From Octopus vulgaris (taxonomy: Eukaryota), in NCBI GenBank assembly GCA_951406725.2, contig OX597817.1, forward strand, positions 148,800,001 to 148,864,000: a DNA stretch of 64,000 nucleotides. The letters run 5' to 3'. Below are positions 1-14,000 of this stretch, in pieces. Each line of letters opens with the position of its first letter. The stretch's first letter is position 1. Under the pieces are notes generated by a model, which saw only the letters and a list, made by a program, of their open reading frames with translations, did not search any database and had not been told where the DNA came from. The position numbers and the translations under genes were made by a program.

Positions 1-130
1 CCGCCCGCGATCTCCGGGAATTGGTCGGACAATTCGTAGAGAATATAGATTCCGACCAAATCGGCTATCTGCGCACTATCCGAACTACCCATAGGCACAT
101 CAAATTCATTGGGAGTATCTTTACGGATCC

Positions 131-221
<91 letters not shown>

Positions 222-225
222 TATG

Positions 226-293
<68 letters not shown>

Positions 294-311
294 TATATTA
301 AGTAACTCTCA

Positions 312-530
312 AGGCGGTGAGCTGGTAGAAGTGTTAGCACGCCGGACGAAATGCTTAGCAGTATTTCGTCTGCCCCAGCATTCTCAGTTCAAATTCCGCC
401 CTGGTCGACTTTGTACTTTACCATTTCGAGTCGATGATTTAAGTACCAGTTGAGTACTGGGGCCGATGTGGTCGAGTGTCCCGCTTCCCCACAAAATCCA
501 GGCCTTGTGTCAGTAGTAGAAAGAATATTA
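312..530 (+). mobile_element. tRNA-derived SINE family 1, tail type A
   Basis: Head ggcggtgagctggtagaagtgttagcacgcc, B-box-like cagttcaaatt, central gtcgactttg...aagtaccagtt block and tail ggccttgtgtcagtagtagaaagaatatta. Homologous copies recur across the window. Confidence 0.85.
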
Positions 531-1032
531 GAAACAACTTCGTGTGGACTGATTGTTAGCGCGTGTAGAGGGGTAATCTCCAACTCCGGTTGACGAATGT
601 CAAATTCTATTTTAACAGATGAACGATAACTTGAAAAAGTAATATGAATAGCAACATGTCCTGCCCTTAGGACGAAGAAATTTGTCTGCGCGAGATCTTT
701 ATTTTTAAGCTTAGTGAGTATAACTTTGGACACCGTGATCACCTCTTTAGACTACGAGATTGATGTCTCATATCATAATAATAACTGCTGATATAAATTG
801 ATTCAGAAATAGTATTTCTGAAACTAACTCTGTCAAAATGTCCTTTTCTAGATGTTCGACAATGGGATTAATCGAGACGATTAGACGTTTTAAAAGAAGA
901 TTGACGCAGAGAAAAGCAGTCACTATTAATTTCGATATATAAATGTGTGTGTGTGTATACATGCATACACAATATACATACATATATTCATATGTAAATA
1001 TATATATATATATATATATATTTACATATGAA

Positions 1033-1082
<50 letters not shown>

Positions 1083-1100
1083 TGTATAGATATATGTATA

Positions 1101-1271
1101 GGCGTAGGAGTGGCCGTATAGTAAGTAGCTTGCTTACGAACCACATGGCTCAGGGTTCAGTCCGTGGCACCTTGAGCAAGTATCTTCTACGATAGCCTCG
1201 TGCTAACCAAATTCTTGTGAGTGGATTTGGTAGACGGAAACTGAAAGAAGTTCGTCGTATATATGTATGTA

Positions 1272-1365
<94 letters not shown>

Positions 1366-1598
1366 GTGTGTGTATGTGTTTGTATGTTTGTGTGTCTGTG
1401 CCTGTTCCCCCAATATCGCTTGACAACAGATGCTGGTGTGTTTACGTCCCCGTAACTTAGAGGTTCGCCAAAAGTGACCGATGGAATAAGTACTAGGCTT
1501 ACAAAGAATAATTCCTGGTTTCGATTTGCTCGACTAAAGACAGTGCTCCAGCATGACCACATTCAAATGACTGAAACAACTAAAAGTGTAAAAGAGTA
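1101..1598 (+). mobile_element. CORE-like tRNA-derived SINE (family 2) with internal (TA)n(TG)n microsatellite
   Basis: Head ggcgtaggagtggccgtatagtaag, ggttcagtcc, CORE-like caccttgagcaagtatctt, internal microsatellite, 3' body ending gactgaaacaactaaaagtgtaaaagag. About ten copies in the window. Confidence 0.9.
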
Positions 1599-2250
1599 TC
1601 ATATGTGTGTGTGCGCATTTGCGCGTGCGTGTGTGCGATTCTGCATGTCTATGATAGTATATGTGTCTGTGGGAGGTTGGTATTGGTCTGCGTAAGTCAA
1701 AGACATTCAGTAAAATCGAATGTGTAGAATGAACCTGCCGTGGGAGGTGGAATATGCGAAGTTTCCGAGAGAATCATTCTTCAAGAAAAATTTCGAAAGG
1801 GAGAAATTAATAAGAGGCATCAGAGTTTTACATCTAAATTAAACTCTGCTGCTTTGCATTGATTCCCTCTACATCCAACTGTTTCCTGAAGAAGTACTAT
1901 GTCCGGAACGTTAAATTTTCTAAAATACACAGCAAGTTCACTGTAAATTGTTAGCTATTCAACTACATAGTAGGTTTGAGTATATCATACAAATGCACGG
2001 ACACACGCACATACAGACACAGTCATACGTATATCAATGTAGTACATGTATGTCAGTACATGTGTGTGTGCGTCCGTGTGTTTAATAAAAATGGAGAGTT
2101 AGCTCAGATAGCATTTGCTTATATCATTCTTAGACGCGGTTTCGCGAAGGTACGAGGAAGAATCGTATAATTTGGTTCAGTATAGAATTTTGCTCTTCAC
2201 ACCATGAAGTTTGTTTCAGAATATTTTGCTTCTATGTGTTATATATATAA

Positions 2251-2320
<70 letters not shown>

Positions 2321-2511
2321 GATAAAACAAATTGAGGAAATAGATTTATGAGAAAAAATATTTTAAAACCACCTGGGCCTCGTTAGCTTTGTTTCAAAGT
2401 GCAAACAGGTTGACATTTTATTGCTGTAGGACAATGGCATCTCTTAAGTAACATACATCTAGATTTTAAGAATACTTATATCTCCACTGTTTTAAAATAT
2501 CTGGCAGTAAC

Positions 2512-2987
<476 letters not shown>

Positions 2988-3239
2988 TATCTGTTAGTAA
3001 CAGTTTGAAAAAATGGAATTTCAACCCTAGTGTAACAGACTTTGATGTTGTATTTTATATATATACAAATTTTGAAACTATAGAGTCGAAGCAATATACT
3101 GTGTGAACATTATCAATAATACGTATATAAAGTGTGTGTGTGTGTTGCCTAAACGCCATTATAGAGTGGTTACAACCAGAAATGACTAAAGATCTCTCGG
3201 TCTTGAATTTTTCTCAAGCGGTCACTGGGACGATTGAGT

Positions 3240-3560
3240 AAATTTGTCGAAGGACGGGTCATTCAGAATTTTCTTTCCTCAGTCGAGTTCCAGACTATCA
3301 TTGTAATTTCGGCTGGCTATAATCGAGATTGCTCCAATCTGGCTATCTCCAATCTGGCTATCTCCAAGGAAAAACTACGCTTGGAGAAAGCAGAGAATGT
3401 ATACGAAAACAAGGACGGGAAACAAACAAAGAGAGTTACACAAATACAAATAAGAGGACATAACAACAGGTGTCTTTCGACTAATGACGAATTAAATTAA
3501 GCCGGCGTGTGTGGAAATAAAGCCTTACGGCAGGGATACAATATTTCACAGGCACAGGGA
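3240..3560 (-). repeat. Dispersed (TA)n-associated repeat family, unclassified
   Basis: Shares ccagattggagcaatctcga..ccagccgaaatt and tgaggaaagaaaa..gaatgacccgtcc blocks with 54890-55060 (+) and 63630-63780 (-), and more distantly 48265-48420 (+). Confidence 0.65.
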
Positions 3561-4677
3561 GGAATATAGATGTTGCACGGACATATATATGAATGTATAT
3601 GTATATATGCATTATATATATGTATGTACGTATATATACATATACGTATGCGTGAGCGTTTGTGTGTGTGCGTACGCGTATGTGTGTATGTATGTGTGTG
3701 TGTATGTGTGTGTATTGAAAATATTACGACGTCTCACACGATAAAATTCATATTAATAGTGAAGAGAAGAAAAGATAAAAGAAAATATTTGTATTTTATC
3801 AAAATATGCTACCGGTTTCAATCGTTTGTTTAAAAACAAAAATATAAATACTTTCTTTTACGCATAATTGTTTATTGCAGAACACTGATGTGGTGAATAT
3901 CGATATTATATAATTAAGAAACTGTTATGTAATTATGATGGTAATTTACCGAAACACGTATTTATACTATAAAGTATTGAACACCTTATATAATTTATGC
4001 ATATTATTATTTAACTTGACTGGTATTCTGCATACAACCTTATACTGAGGTTGATGCCCCGTATCAGGCACCACTAGACTGTGTGTGTGGAATCTTCTAT
4101 TGAGTTCAATCTTTTTTTATATGTCACGGTTTTTATTCGATATATACGATCTAGGAAAAGGATGAAAATACATTCATAAAAAAAGGAACGAATTTGAAGT
4201 AAGTATATTATTTTATTTCTGTGTATATTCTTACTCTTTAATGAAATTGCTGATTGTTATCATCGCTAGAACTGTCCTTATAGATTACGGTTTTACTGAT
4301 TCACTCACAAACAGGGCAGAATGGACATTCTTAATCGATCGAATAAGAAATATAAGAAACATGTAAATAAGTACATTAACTGTGACGAGGTTAACCTAGA
4401 AGAATGCTATCCACATGTGAAATGTACTGTGAAATACATAGCTTCTAGGTAATCTCTTTAAAAACGATTTGTTTGCATCTGTATTCTTTATTTACCTATC
4501 AGCTTTCATTGTCCGTCTCTTTTTTCTCAATCCCCCTCTCGGATTTTATATACACGCATATACATAAATATACGTGTGTGTGTGTGTGCTTATGTACATA
4601 AATACACACACAGGCCACAGAAACGCGAACGTACACAAAAGCATATCATATATCTATATATACATATGTATATGTAT

Positions 4678-4711
<34 letters not shown>

Positions 4712-4740
4712 ATACATGTGTAGATATATATATATATACA

Positions 4741-4843
<103 letters not shown>

Positions 4844-6382
4844 CCCCAGCATAGCCATAGCTCAAGAGCTGAAACTGGAAAACATAAAATAAACATATAC
4901 ATATATATATAAAACATTACATGTGTTTGTGTGTTGTATGTATGTATAACAGTAACTTTGAAAATATCTACATACGTATCTATTTGTAAATGTACGTACT
5001 TTAACACTCTCACAGCTATACATACTCATATATGCACAAACATAAATACATACATCTACATACATTTACACATAAATCTCTCCATCTATGACTGTGCATG
5101 TGAATGCTTTCATATACGTATATAAGGGTACGAAATGCGTGCATATATGTATAAATACACAGACACGCAAACACATATTCTTCCATCGATGCATTTACCA
5201 ATTTATTTACGCAGCAGTAAAATCTTTTCGTTTGTCCAATTAGAAAGAAATGCCATTCGCTGCTGTAAAAAAGAAAGAAAAAAGAGCTTGTCTCGCAGAC
5301 TAACCTCAATAGACCAAAACGATGCTCGACAAAATCCAGTAATAGGGACCGATTTAATGCCAACTACTTGACTAGATAACTGGAATTTGATTCTAATTCA
5401 AACAGAAGTGCTTCAAGAGAAATGATGTGGTCACATTTACGTTGTTTGAGCCGAGGAGTGCCAGAATAGATATGTAGCATAGGCAGTAAAGAGTTAGAGA
5501 TACAAAGAAGGGAGGAATACCATATATCTAGTGGGAAAACGAAGTGAGTGAGAAGGAACGAGAGATGGAATATGGATGAGAGAGAGTAAATGAGAAGAAG
5601 AGAGATTGATGAGAAGGATCTTATGTAGAGATCAGGTTGAAAAGACAGACGGAGAGTAGAGGCTTCTGGATAATCAGCGTGTATAAAATTGATATATAAT
5701 GTTGTAGAACTCCAGCGGAAACTCTGATATGTCTTAAATATTGGAAAGGAAGAACTTGTAGAGATTATAAGGAGCCTAAAAGTAGACTTTCATGTGACCA
5801 ATTGATCAGCTAGAAGTAGCAGCCACATATTTCTTAAATCTCGGGCTTAACCGTGTTAAAAAGAAAATATACGTCTATGGAAATGTCTTAGACTAAGAGT
5901 AATAAAAAAAAAATGTCGATGGCTGGGTTGATTGTTAATATTGGTCTAAGCCATCGGAGATTATTGGGATGAAAGAAAAATATGAAGCAAGTGTTTAAAT
6001 CGGCTGTTATCCTATTTAATCAGCCGAATAGTTCTGTGCTGTTTTATCATAATGCTTCATACCCTGACGATATGTCGCCTTGTGGTGGGTTGGGTTTAGG
6101 AGTGTTTACCTGCACCTTCTTTTCCTGGATCGGGCAGAGTTTTGTGTCTTTGGGCAAAGCATTTCCTTTCACGTTGCGCCACTCTACTCAGCTAAACACG
6201 AGAACCAGCCTCTTGCTGTCTCATTCTCCGATGACCCGCTGAGTAGAAGGTGCTTGAACCAAGAACACGTTTAAATCTGTTCGCCACTGCGAATTGCTTA
6301 AACAATTAGAGAAATTGTGGTAGAAGGTATCAGGTCATATTCGCTTCCGAGTGACAAATATGTTTCATTCTGATAGGCTAAT

Positions 6383-6493
6383 ACAATTCTATATTTAAGA
6401 GATGAGGAACTGTGTACATTATTTACATTACTTACATTTGACGGATAACAAAGATGAGGACAAATATCCGTCAAATGTAAATAATGTAAATAA
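6383..6493. mobile_element. Short fold-back derivative of the 2512-2987 element (tail plus inverted tail)
   Basis: ctatatttaagagatgaggaa...atttgacggata followed by aagatgaggacaaatatccgtcaaatgtaaataatgtaaataa. Perfect 12-bp TSD tgataggctaat (6371-6382, 6494-6505). Confidence 0.8.
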
Positions 6494-7545
6494 TGATAGG
6501 CTAATGTTATCCCATAACCTGATTATCTTGTCTTGTATTTTAATCTAAACACCTATATAAGTTTCATATAAGAAATGCCCTTCACTGATTTTGATAGTTT
6601 GTCAGAACTGCCCGGCTATTTTTATAGAGAATTAACCTACTCCTTTCATTAACTAAATTGCAACCATATTGCTCTTCATATTCGAGTTCTTCGTTGCTCT
6701 TCTGATGACACGTTTTTTGTGTGTCATAACAGTTGGAGTTCATTATATACTCCCACATGACAAATTTCAATATATTTAGTGTTGACCAGAGACTATATAT
6801 GATCTGAAATGTTCATATTCAACTTCGGAATATTTTACCATAGCTTGGTAACATAAGTTCTTTCACTTTTATTATATAAAATATAAAAGACCAATAGTAT
6901 AATTGTCAGATATGTTGCCAGAGTTATTTATGTGTACAAGATGACTCACAGCCTGTGTCCCCACATATTCCATGTACTAAACAAGTCAATTATAGCAGCT
7001 ACGACATCGTTATACCAAACTGCAGACACGTCCAAATTTTAATCCACAGATAACATGTTGAATGGTATAGAATTCAAAACCAGTTATCTCATTTTAAATT
7101 TCCAGTTAGGAAATTGTAGTTTAGATATTTCTCTGAAAAATATCTTCGATTAAGCTTCTTGTATTACACGATCTAAAACATTCCATTTTCTATTCTATAG
7201 TCATTATTTAGAATAGAATATTTTATTCTTCAGATAGAGAGGAATTTGATGATTTTTAAAGGCAAATAAATATTTCATTTCAAAATCAAACTGAAGAAAT
7301 TACGTTTTATGTTACTTAAAGCATTAGAGAACAATTCAAAATTTATATAAATTGCATGAATGTTGTGCTGAAGAGTTGTTAGACTTATTCTTGTACAGGC
7401 CATTAAAAAATAAATAAAACTGTTTCATTTACATAAATTGAATATTTCATAATGTACACTTGACATGAATACTTCGTTAGAGAACATTTCGCCGTATGTG
7501 ATGTGCATGTATTTGTCTTCACATATACATGCACACATATATTGA

Positions 7546-7608
<63 letters not shown>

Positions 7609-7666
7609 GTATATATATATATATACATAGATTCATATATATGTATACACATACATTTATATATAC

Positions 7667-7698
<32 letters not shown>

Positions 7699-7749
7699 AC
7701 ATATGTATATATATATATACATAGATTCATATATATGTATACACACATT

Positions 7750-7815
<66 letters not shown>

Positions 7816-8341
7816 CATTCATATATATGTGTATACACATTTATATATACATATATATATGTACGTATACGTATATGTATGTGTGAATGTAATGTATAAA
7901 TATGCACTCGTTAAAAAAGAGCAAAAGAGAGAGAGAAATACATAGAAAGAGGAATATTACGTGGAAGTATATTTATCATGTGATATATTTACGTTTTATA
8001 ACAGCGTTTAAGTGTATACGTGCGATCATATTTAATACATACGCCTGTGTGTTTGCGTGAGTAGGGGTGGTTGGTTGGTTGGGTAGTAAGTTGGATGGTT
8101 GGTTGGCTGTGTGTGTGGGAGGAGTGGCTTTTGTACTGCATTTGCGAGTATGAGGTTAAGTGTGAGTTTGTGCGTGTATGGATGTGTGTAAGTATTTCTA
8201 TGGAATTTGTTCCAGGAGTGTAGTTATTATTCCGTAGTGTTTATGTTCGTATTGTGGCATAAACGCGGATATAGACACACCACACGCGCGCTACTCACAC
8301 ACACAGACATATACACAAACATGTTGACATATGTGTGTATG

Positions 8342-8374
<33 letters not shown>

Positions 8375-8428
8375 ATGTGCCTGTGCTTGTGAGTCTGTGT
8401 GTCAGTTTGTATATATGTGTACGGATGT

Positions 8429-8466
<38 letters not shown>

Positions 8467-8575
8467 GCATATACATATACACACGCAAATATAAATACAT
8501 GCATATTTAGATAAAGAGGGGGAGCAGGACTGACTGACAGACCAACAGACAGACAGACAGACAGATAGATAGATA

Positions 8576-9471
8576 TGTTTCTTTATTAGCCACAAAAGGC
8601 TGCACACAGACAGGACAACATTACAAGGTAGAGCTTTTCTTTTGGCGGTAAAAGAAGGGGGTTTGGTTTTCGATCAAAAGGGATCGTAAATGGAAAGAAA
8701 GAGGAAAAAAAGGGGAGGATAAAATAATTTTTTAAAAAAAAAGGTGAGGTGAGAGAAAAAAAGGGGAGGTGAGGAAAAAAAATGGAAAGGAAAAAAATTG
8801 ATCAACAGGGATCGTTATCACAGAAATGTCCATATGAAGTGTAAAGGGGAGGACAGGTGAGGTTTACCCGTGGGAAGAAAAGCCTACGGAAAAGACCACG
8901 GTAACCTCGGTCAATGAAGTCACATGTTATATTCCTTTTTTTTTTTTGGCAAATAAGCAACTCTCTGTATTAATTTTTACGGTTCATAGAATCATAGTCA
9001 AGGTGGCTTCGTCATTCATACGTGCCATCCTTGCTACATTCACCCATCTTTTTTTAAAACATTCACTAGACAAAAAGTTGTCCATAGGTCCCGGCCTGAA
9101 AGTCGTTTCAAACAGGCGGGTCAGGTATTCCTCGTCGACGCCCAGGTTTGCCCCAAGATCGTCGCCGTACCTCCCCTCCACTAATCCCCTATAGAATGCT
9201 TTGGTTGTGTTGAAGTCACTCAAAGTCGACCCGGGACGGCAGAGTTGCTTGAGAGCAACGCGACACTCGCGGTGCCATTCGACCTTCCTTGGCCTCTTTT
9301 TGATCCACGACTGCAGTTCGGTCATGGAGACGAGCTGCGGGAACGCGTGCCTCACAAACGACGACCACACCTGTTCACCATCGTCTACATAGAGCCGGAG
9401 ATGTCGCAGTCTCAGCGCGTGTCTGCGCATCATCAACCATGTCGCAGTCTCAGCGCGTGTCTGCGCATCAT
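8576..9471 (-). mobile_element. 5'-truncated, internally deleted L1/Tx1-clade LINE (relative of 10774-15540)
   Basis: ORF 8984-9631 contains WLMMRRHALRLRHLR...TTKAFYRGLVEGR...GPMDNF joined to LSSECFKKRW, homologous to the ORF2 C-terminus at 11061-12596. AATAAA precedes (TATC)n; GACA/GATA repeats on both sides. Confidence 0.9.
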
Positions 9472-10069
9472 TAGACAGACAGACTTCCGCGAAGGAGAGC
9501 AGATAACCCGAAGTATGCATACATAGGACCAGAGTCAATTCAATATACACTATATCATATATACATCTAAAGCATCGTAAAGTATTACGTCCACGTTTGG
9601 AATCGTCGGCGTGGCATAACTCGAGACACAAATTAGTAATGGTAAACTAAGCTAAACTTAACATTCTACGAAGAGAAATGACGGAAGGCAGAAGCTATTT
9701 CATACAATAAAAGACAAATTTCCTCTTTTCATTTCTCTTCTTTTCCATCAATCAATTTTTAGAATATGATATATCTGGAGTTAGTGAATGGAAATATTAG
9801 CAATTATGAAATCAAAGTATTCCATTGGAGAACTTGTTTGATTTGCTTCTTCCATGTGTGATTTCCCTATCACAAGAAAGTATAATATTTTACAATCTGT
9901 TGTAACTTTGATCAAAGCTTTGACTAGCCGAATACTTACATTCACTTACTTCACAATTTGGAGAAGAATTTCACATCATCTGCTGGCTAAATATAGTTTA
10001 ACTCTCGCTTCTCGTCTAACAAATATGCCATATCGGGAAAATATGGTCGTGTGAGAAATAAAGCAGGCA

Positions 10070-10285
10070 AGGAATTTCTAGCGATTGGGTAAAATTATTA
10101 CATTGATTCCGGTGTTCAACTAGTACATATTTTATCGATCCCGAAAAGGATGGAAAGTAGACGAATAGAAAGGAATGGAAAATTTGACCTCGGCGGAATT
10201 TGAACTCAGAACGTATAGTCGGACGAAATGCCGCTAAGCATTTTATCCGGTGTTCTCACGATTCTGCCATGTCACTCCCTTCATC
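10070..10285 (-). mobile_element. SINE family 1, diverged
   Basis: gacctcggcggaatttgaactcagaacgtatagtcggacgaaatgccgctaagca is the reverse complement of the family 1 head. Confidence 0.75.
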
Positions 10286-10673
10286 TATTTAGTCATTTAA
10301 CAGCAAAACTTCATTGACAATAGGCACCTTTATTACTTAGAAGTTTTCAATTCAAATGTTGCTGAAGATCTGTGAATACCACATGTTATTTCAGGGGAAA
10401 AGAATGCAACACCACATGGTTTACACATGGCAAAGTAGAAGACTAAAGACTTGTGTAGTATCTTGTTTTCTTTTTCGATTTTTTTTTCTTTTGTTCAATG
10501 AACAAGCAAAGTTTCGTGTCAAATTCATTAATGGTATTTTTGTATTTCAACTTATCTGTTCACTTAGTATATTGCCATAATGCGTCATTTGATGAGTCGT
10601 CTGGAATATCGGTACGCGAAACTTATGTTTCGAGAAGAATATGCATACATATATACATGCACTCATGCATAGA

Positions 10674-10687
10674 GATAGATAGATAAT

Positions 10688-10773
<86 letters not shown>
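10674..10773. repeat. (GATA)n microsatellite at the LINE 3' end
   Basis: Direct reading. Confidence 0.95.
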
Positions 10774-10774
<1 letters not shown>

Positions 10775-11060
10775 CTTTTTATTGTGGCCACACAGGGCTA
10801 TACACAGAATAAAGATGGACGAAAAACAAAGGTTCGATCAATAGGGATCTGTGGGTTGTGTGGAGTATAAAAATATAATATATATATATATATAAATAAA
10901 GTTCACAGTTTAGGTGTAGCCCTGGAAAGAAAAAACCTACAAAAAAGACCAAGGTCACCTCAGACAGTTCGAAAATGAACACATGAGTAAGTCGCCTTAC
11001 ATCTCGTTGTCTCTTTTGGTCACAGATTTACGCTTAAAATAGTGTCGTCTTTCATACTGA

Positions 11061-14000
11061 CTATTTTTCCACTTTTACCCACTTTTTATTAAAACATTCG
11101 TTCGACAAAGCCTTCCTCTCTATTCTCATCCTCCTTTTCAAGTGGTACTTGAAAAAGTTGACGAGAGACTGACCAGAGAGGAAGGTGTTTGTTTGCAGTC
11201 CTTTCAAACGCGTCCACCACACACATTCTTTCGCCATAGCCATCAGCGTAACGAAAACCGTTTTCCCTTCCCGTTTAAAGGAAGGTGGTGGAGTAATATT
11301 CACGATAGACTCGGCCGATAAGCGGGCTCGTCCTACACGCGACAACAGCTGTTCGACGAAGGTCCACAGCTCTGAAATATCTGGACACTGCACGAGTGCG
11401 TGCAGAACGGTTTCGTCGCTGTGACCGCATCTCGGGCAGGTCGGTCCGGTGATGGTTTTCGAACCGTGCCTGTAGCTCTTCTCTTGAACAGGTAGTGCGT
11501 CACGATAGCATTGCCAAGCCAGGGATTTCTGGAAGTTATCCATAGGCCCCGGGCCGAACGTCGTCCTGAACAGGCCGGTTAGGAATTTCTCGTCGACGCC
11601 CAGGTTTGTACCGAGTGTGATGTCGGACCTCCCCTCCACTAGTCCTCTATAGAACGCTTTAGTCGTTTGTAAGTTGCACAATTTTGACCCCGCTCGGCAG
11701 AGCTGCTGTAGAGCTTGGCGACACTCTCGGTGCCAATCGCCCAGTTTCGGTCTCTTCCTGATCCACGTTTGCAGTTCGGTCAGTGAGACGAGCTGCGGGA
11801 AGGTGCGCCTCACAAACGGCGCCCACACCTGTTCACCGTCATCGATGAAGTTCCGGAGATGTCGCAGTCTCAGCGCATGCCTGCGCATCATCAACCACGG
11901 CATGCCCATTCCTCCATTCAACGGATATTGACAGCAAATGGACCTCCTCACCATTGGAACGCCACCCTTCCACATGAAGCGGAAGAGTATGCGTTCCAGT
12001 TTGGTGATGGTGGCGTCGGGACAAGGCACGACGGTCAGGCGGTAATCGATGACGGACGCGATGTACGCGTTCGCCACCTCCGCCCGACCTTTTAGAGACA
12101 GCTTTCTCTCGGCCCATGTTTGGCTGAGAGTGACCATTCTACTCGTGATCTCGTCCCAGTTCTTATCCATTTGGAGGTCCGGACTGAACCAGACCCCGAG
12201 CAATTTAACCGGTCCGTCTGTCCAGCGTCCCACTATTGAGCCGCAGTCGGACGGCATGGGCTTGCTTCTCCAGGTGCCGAGTAGCAAACCCACTGACTTT
12301 TCCGGGTTAATCTTCGCTCCCGTCACCGTTTCGTATTTTCTTAGTGTCTCGCCTATCATCTGGATGTGTTTTTCGCTCGACACTATGACGGTGACATCGT
12401 CTGCATATGCCGACACGCTCGTCCCGCAACCCAGCTCCCGTGGGATGCCCCTCAGTGTCGCCAGCTTCCGCAGTAGCGGCTCGAGAGTCGACAGAAGTGC
12501 CGACAGGGGACACCCCTGACGGGCCGAACGCGTGATATCAAACGGTTTCGACAGGTGGCCGTTCACCCGAATCACCGATCGGATGCCGCTATACAAGGCA
12601 GCGATCCAACCGCGGAAGCCAGCCGCCCTGAGGACGGCCCCAAGTACCGATGGTCGACCCTATCGAAGGCTTTAGACTGATCCAAATTTATCAGCGCCCC
12701 ACCCATGCCAGGATCCTTAACTACCCTGTCCACAATGTAGCGCATCTGATGGAGGTTGTCATGTATGGTTCTGCCCAGCACGGCGCATGTTTACGCCCTG
12801 CCGATCAGTTTACCAATGACAAGCGCCAACCTCTCGGCTATTACTTTGGCCAAAATTTTCAAATCTGCGTTAAGCAGAGTGACGGGCCTGAAAATATCTA
12901 TAAAATTCCCCTTGTTTGGGTCTTTCTTCAGCAACGACATTGCACCTCGGCTCACGAAGCCGGGGATTCTCCCGTTTTGTTGCCAGTTGCAGTAGACTGA
13001 TGCCAAGAGGTCGCCAAACAAGTCTGGCATTTGACAATACAGCTCGTAGGGTAAACCATCCAATCCAGGCGACTTATTCCTCGCGCAGCCCGCCATCGCA
13101 TCCCACACGTCAGCGGCTGTGATGGGACTTTCACAACACTCCGCTTCTCTTGCCGAGAGCAGTGGCAGGTCGGTCAGGTAGGCACTGATATCCATCCCGC
13201 GTTCCAACCTACCACTCGCACCAAACAGTCGAGCAAAGTGCTGTTGAAAGGCCTCACACATCCTTTAGGGTTCGAGTAAACTGCATCCCTGTTGATCTAT
13301 TAGAGACCGAATGGTGGCTCTGTTTTCACGCTGCGCCTCCGCTATCCGGGCCTCTCGCGCAGCTTCGAGCCCTTCGTTCCTTAAGGCACGCATTTTAGCT
13401 CTGACGACGCAACCTTCGTGCTTAGCGTTGAGGTGTTGGTCGAGGGCCATCCTTGCAGCCAGCACGTTGGTTGCGCTGCCAGTGGTAAGTGCCTCTTCTA
13501 GTTTCTTAACCAGGTCTCCCTCTACTCTATTTGGATCTATCGCTAATTCTTTGCTAAACCTAATTGATTCCGATTTTATTGCCATTTTCAGGGCGTACCA
13601 CCAGCGGTTGTTAACGACGGCTCCCGTCAGCGCCCTCTTAATTAACTCGCTAATCCGGTTCCTATAAACCTGTCGCGCTAAGAGCGACGTGTTCAGTTTC
13701 CAGTAACCGGGACCCTGTCTATGTGTCTTATCTAAGTCGAGCATAGACGTCGCAAATTTGGGATCTGTGTAGCTGACTATTTTAAATTGTGGACATCCAA
13801 TCCGCTGTCCTGCATAGAATTCTATCTAGATAAGATCTCGACGATCCGACGCGGTTTGTCCAAGTCCACGTTGGCACGTTCGGATGGTCATTCGGAACCT
13901 GTCAGACAAATGGAAACATCTGAGTAGGTCTTTGAGGCAATTACACCCCCTTCTATTCCTATCCATTCCCACATAATCTAGATGCGTGTCCAAGGTAGCG

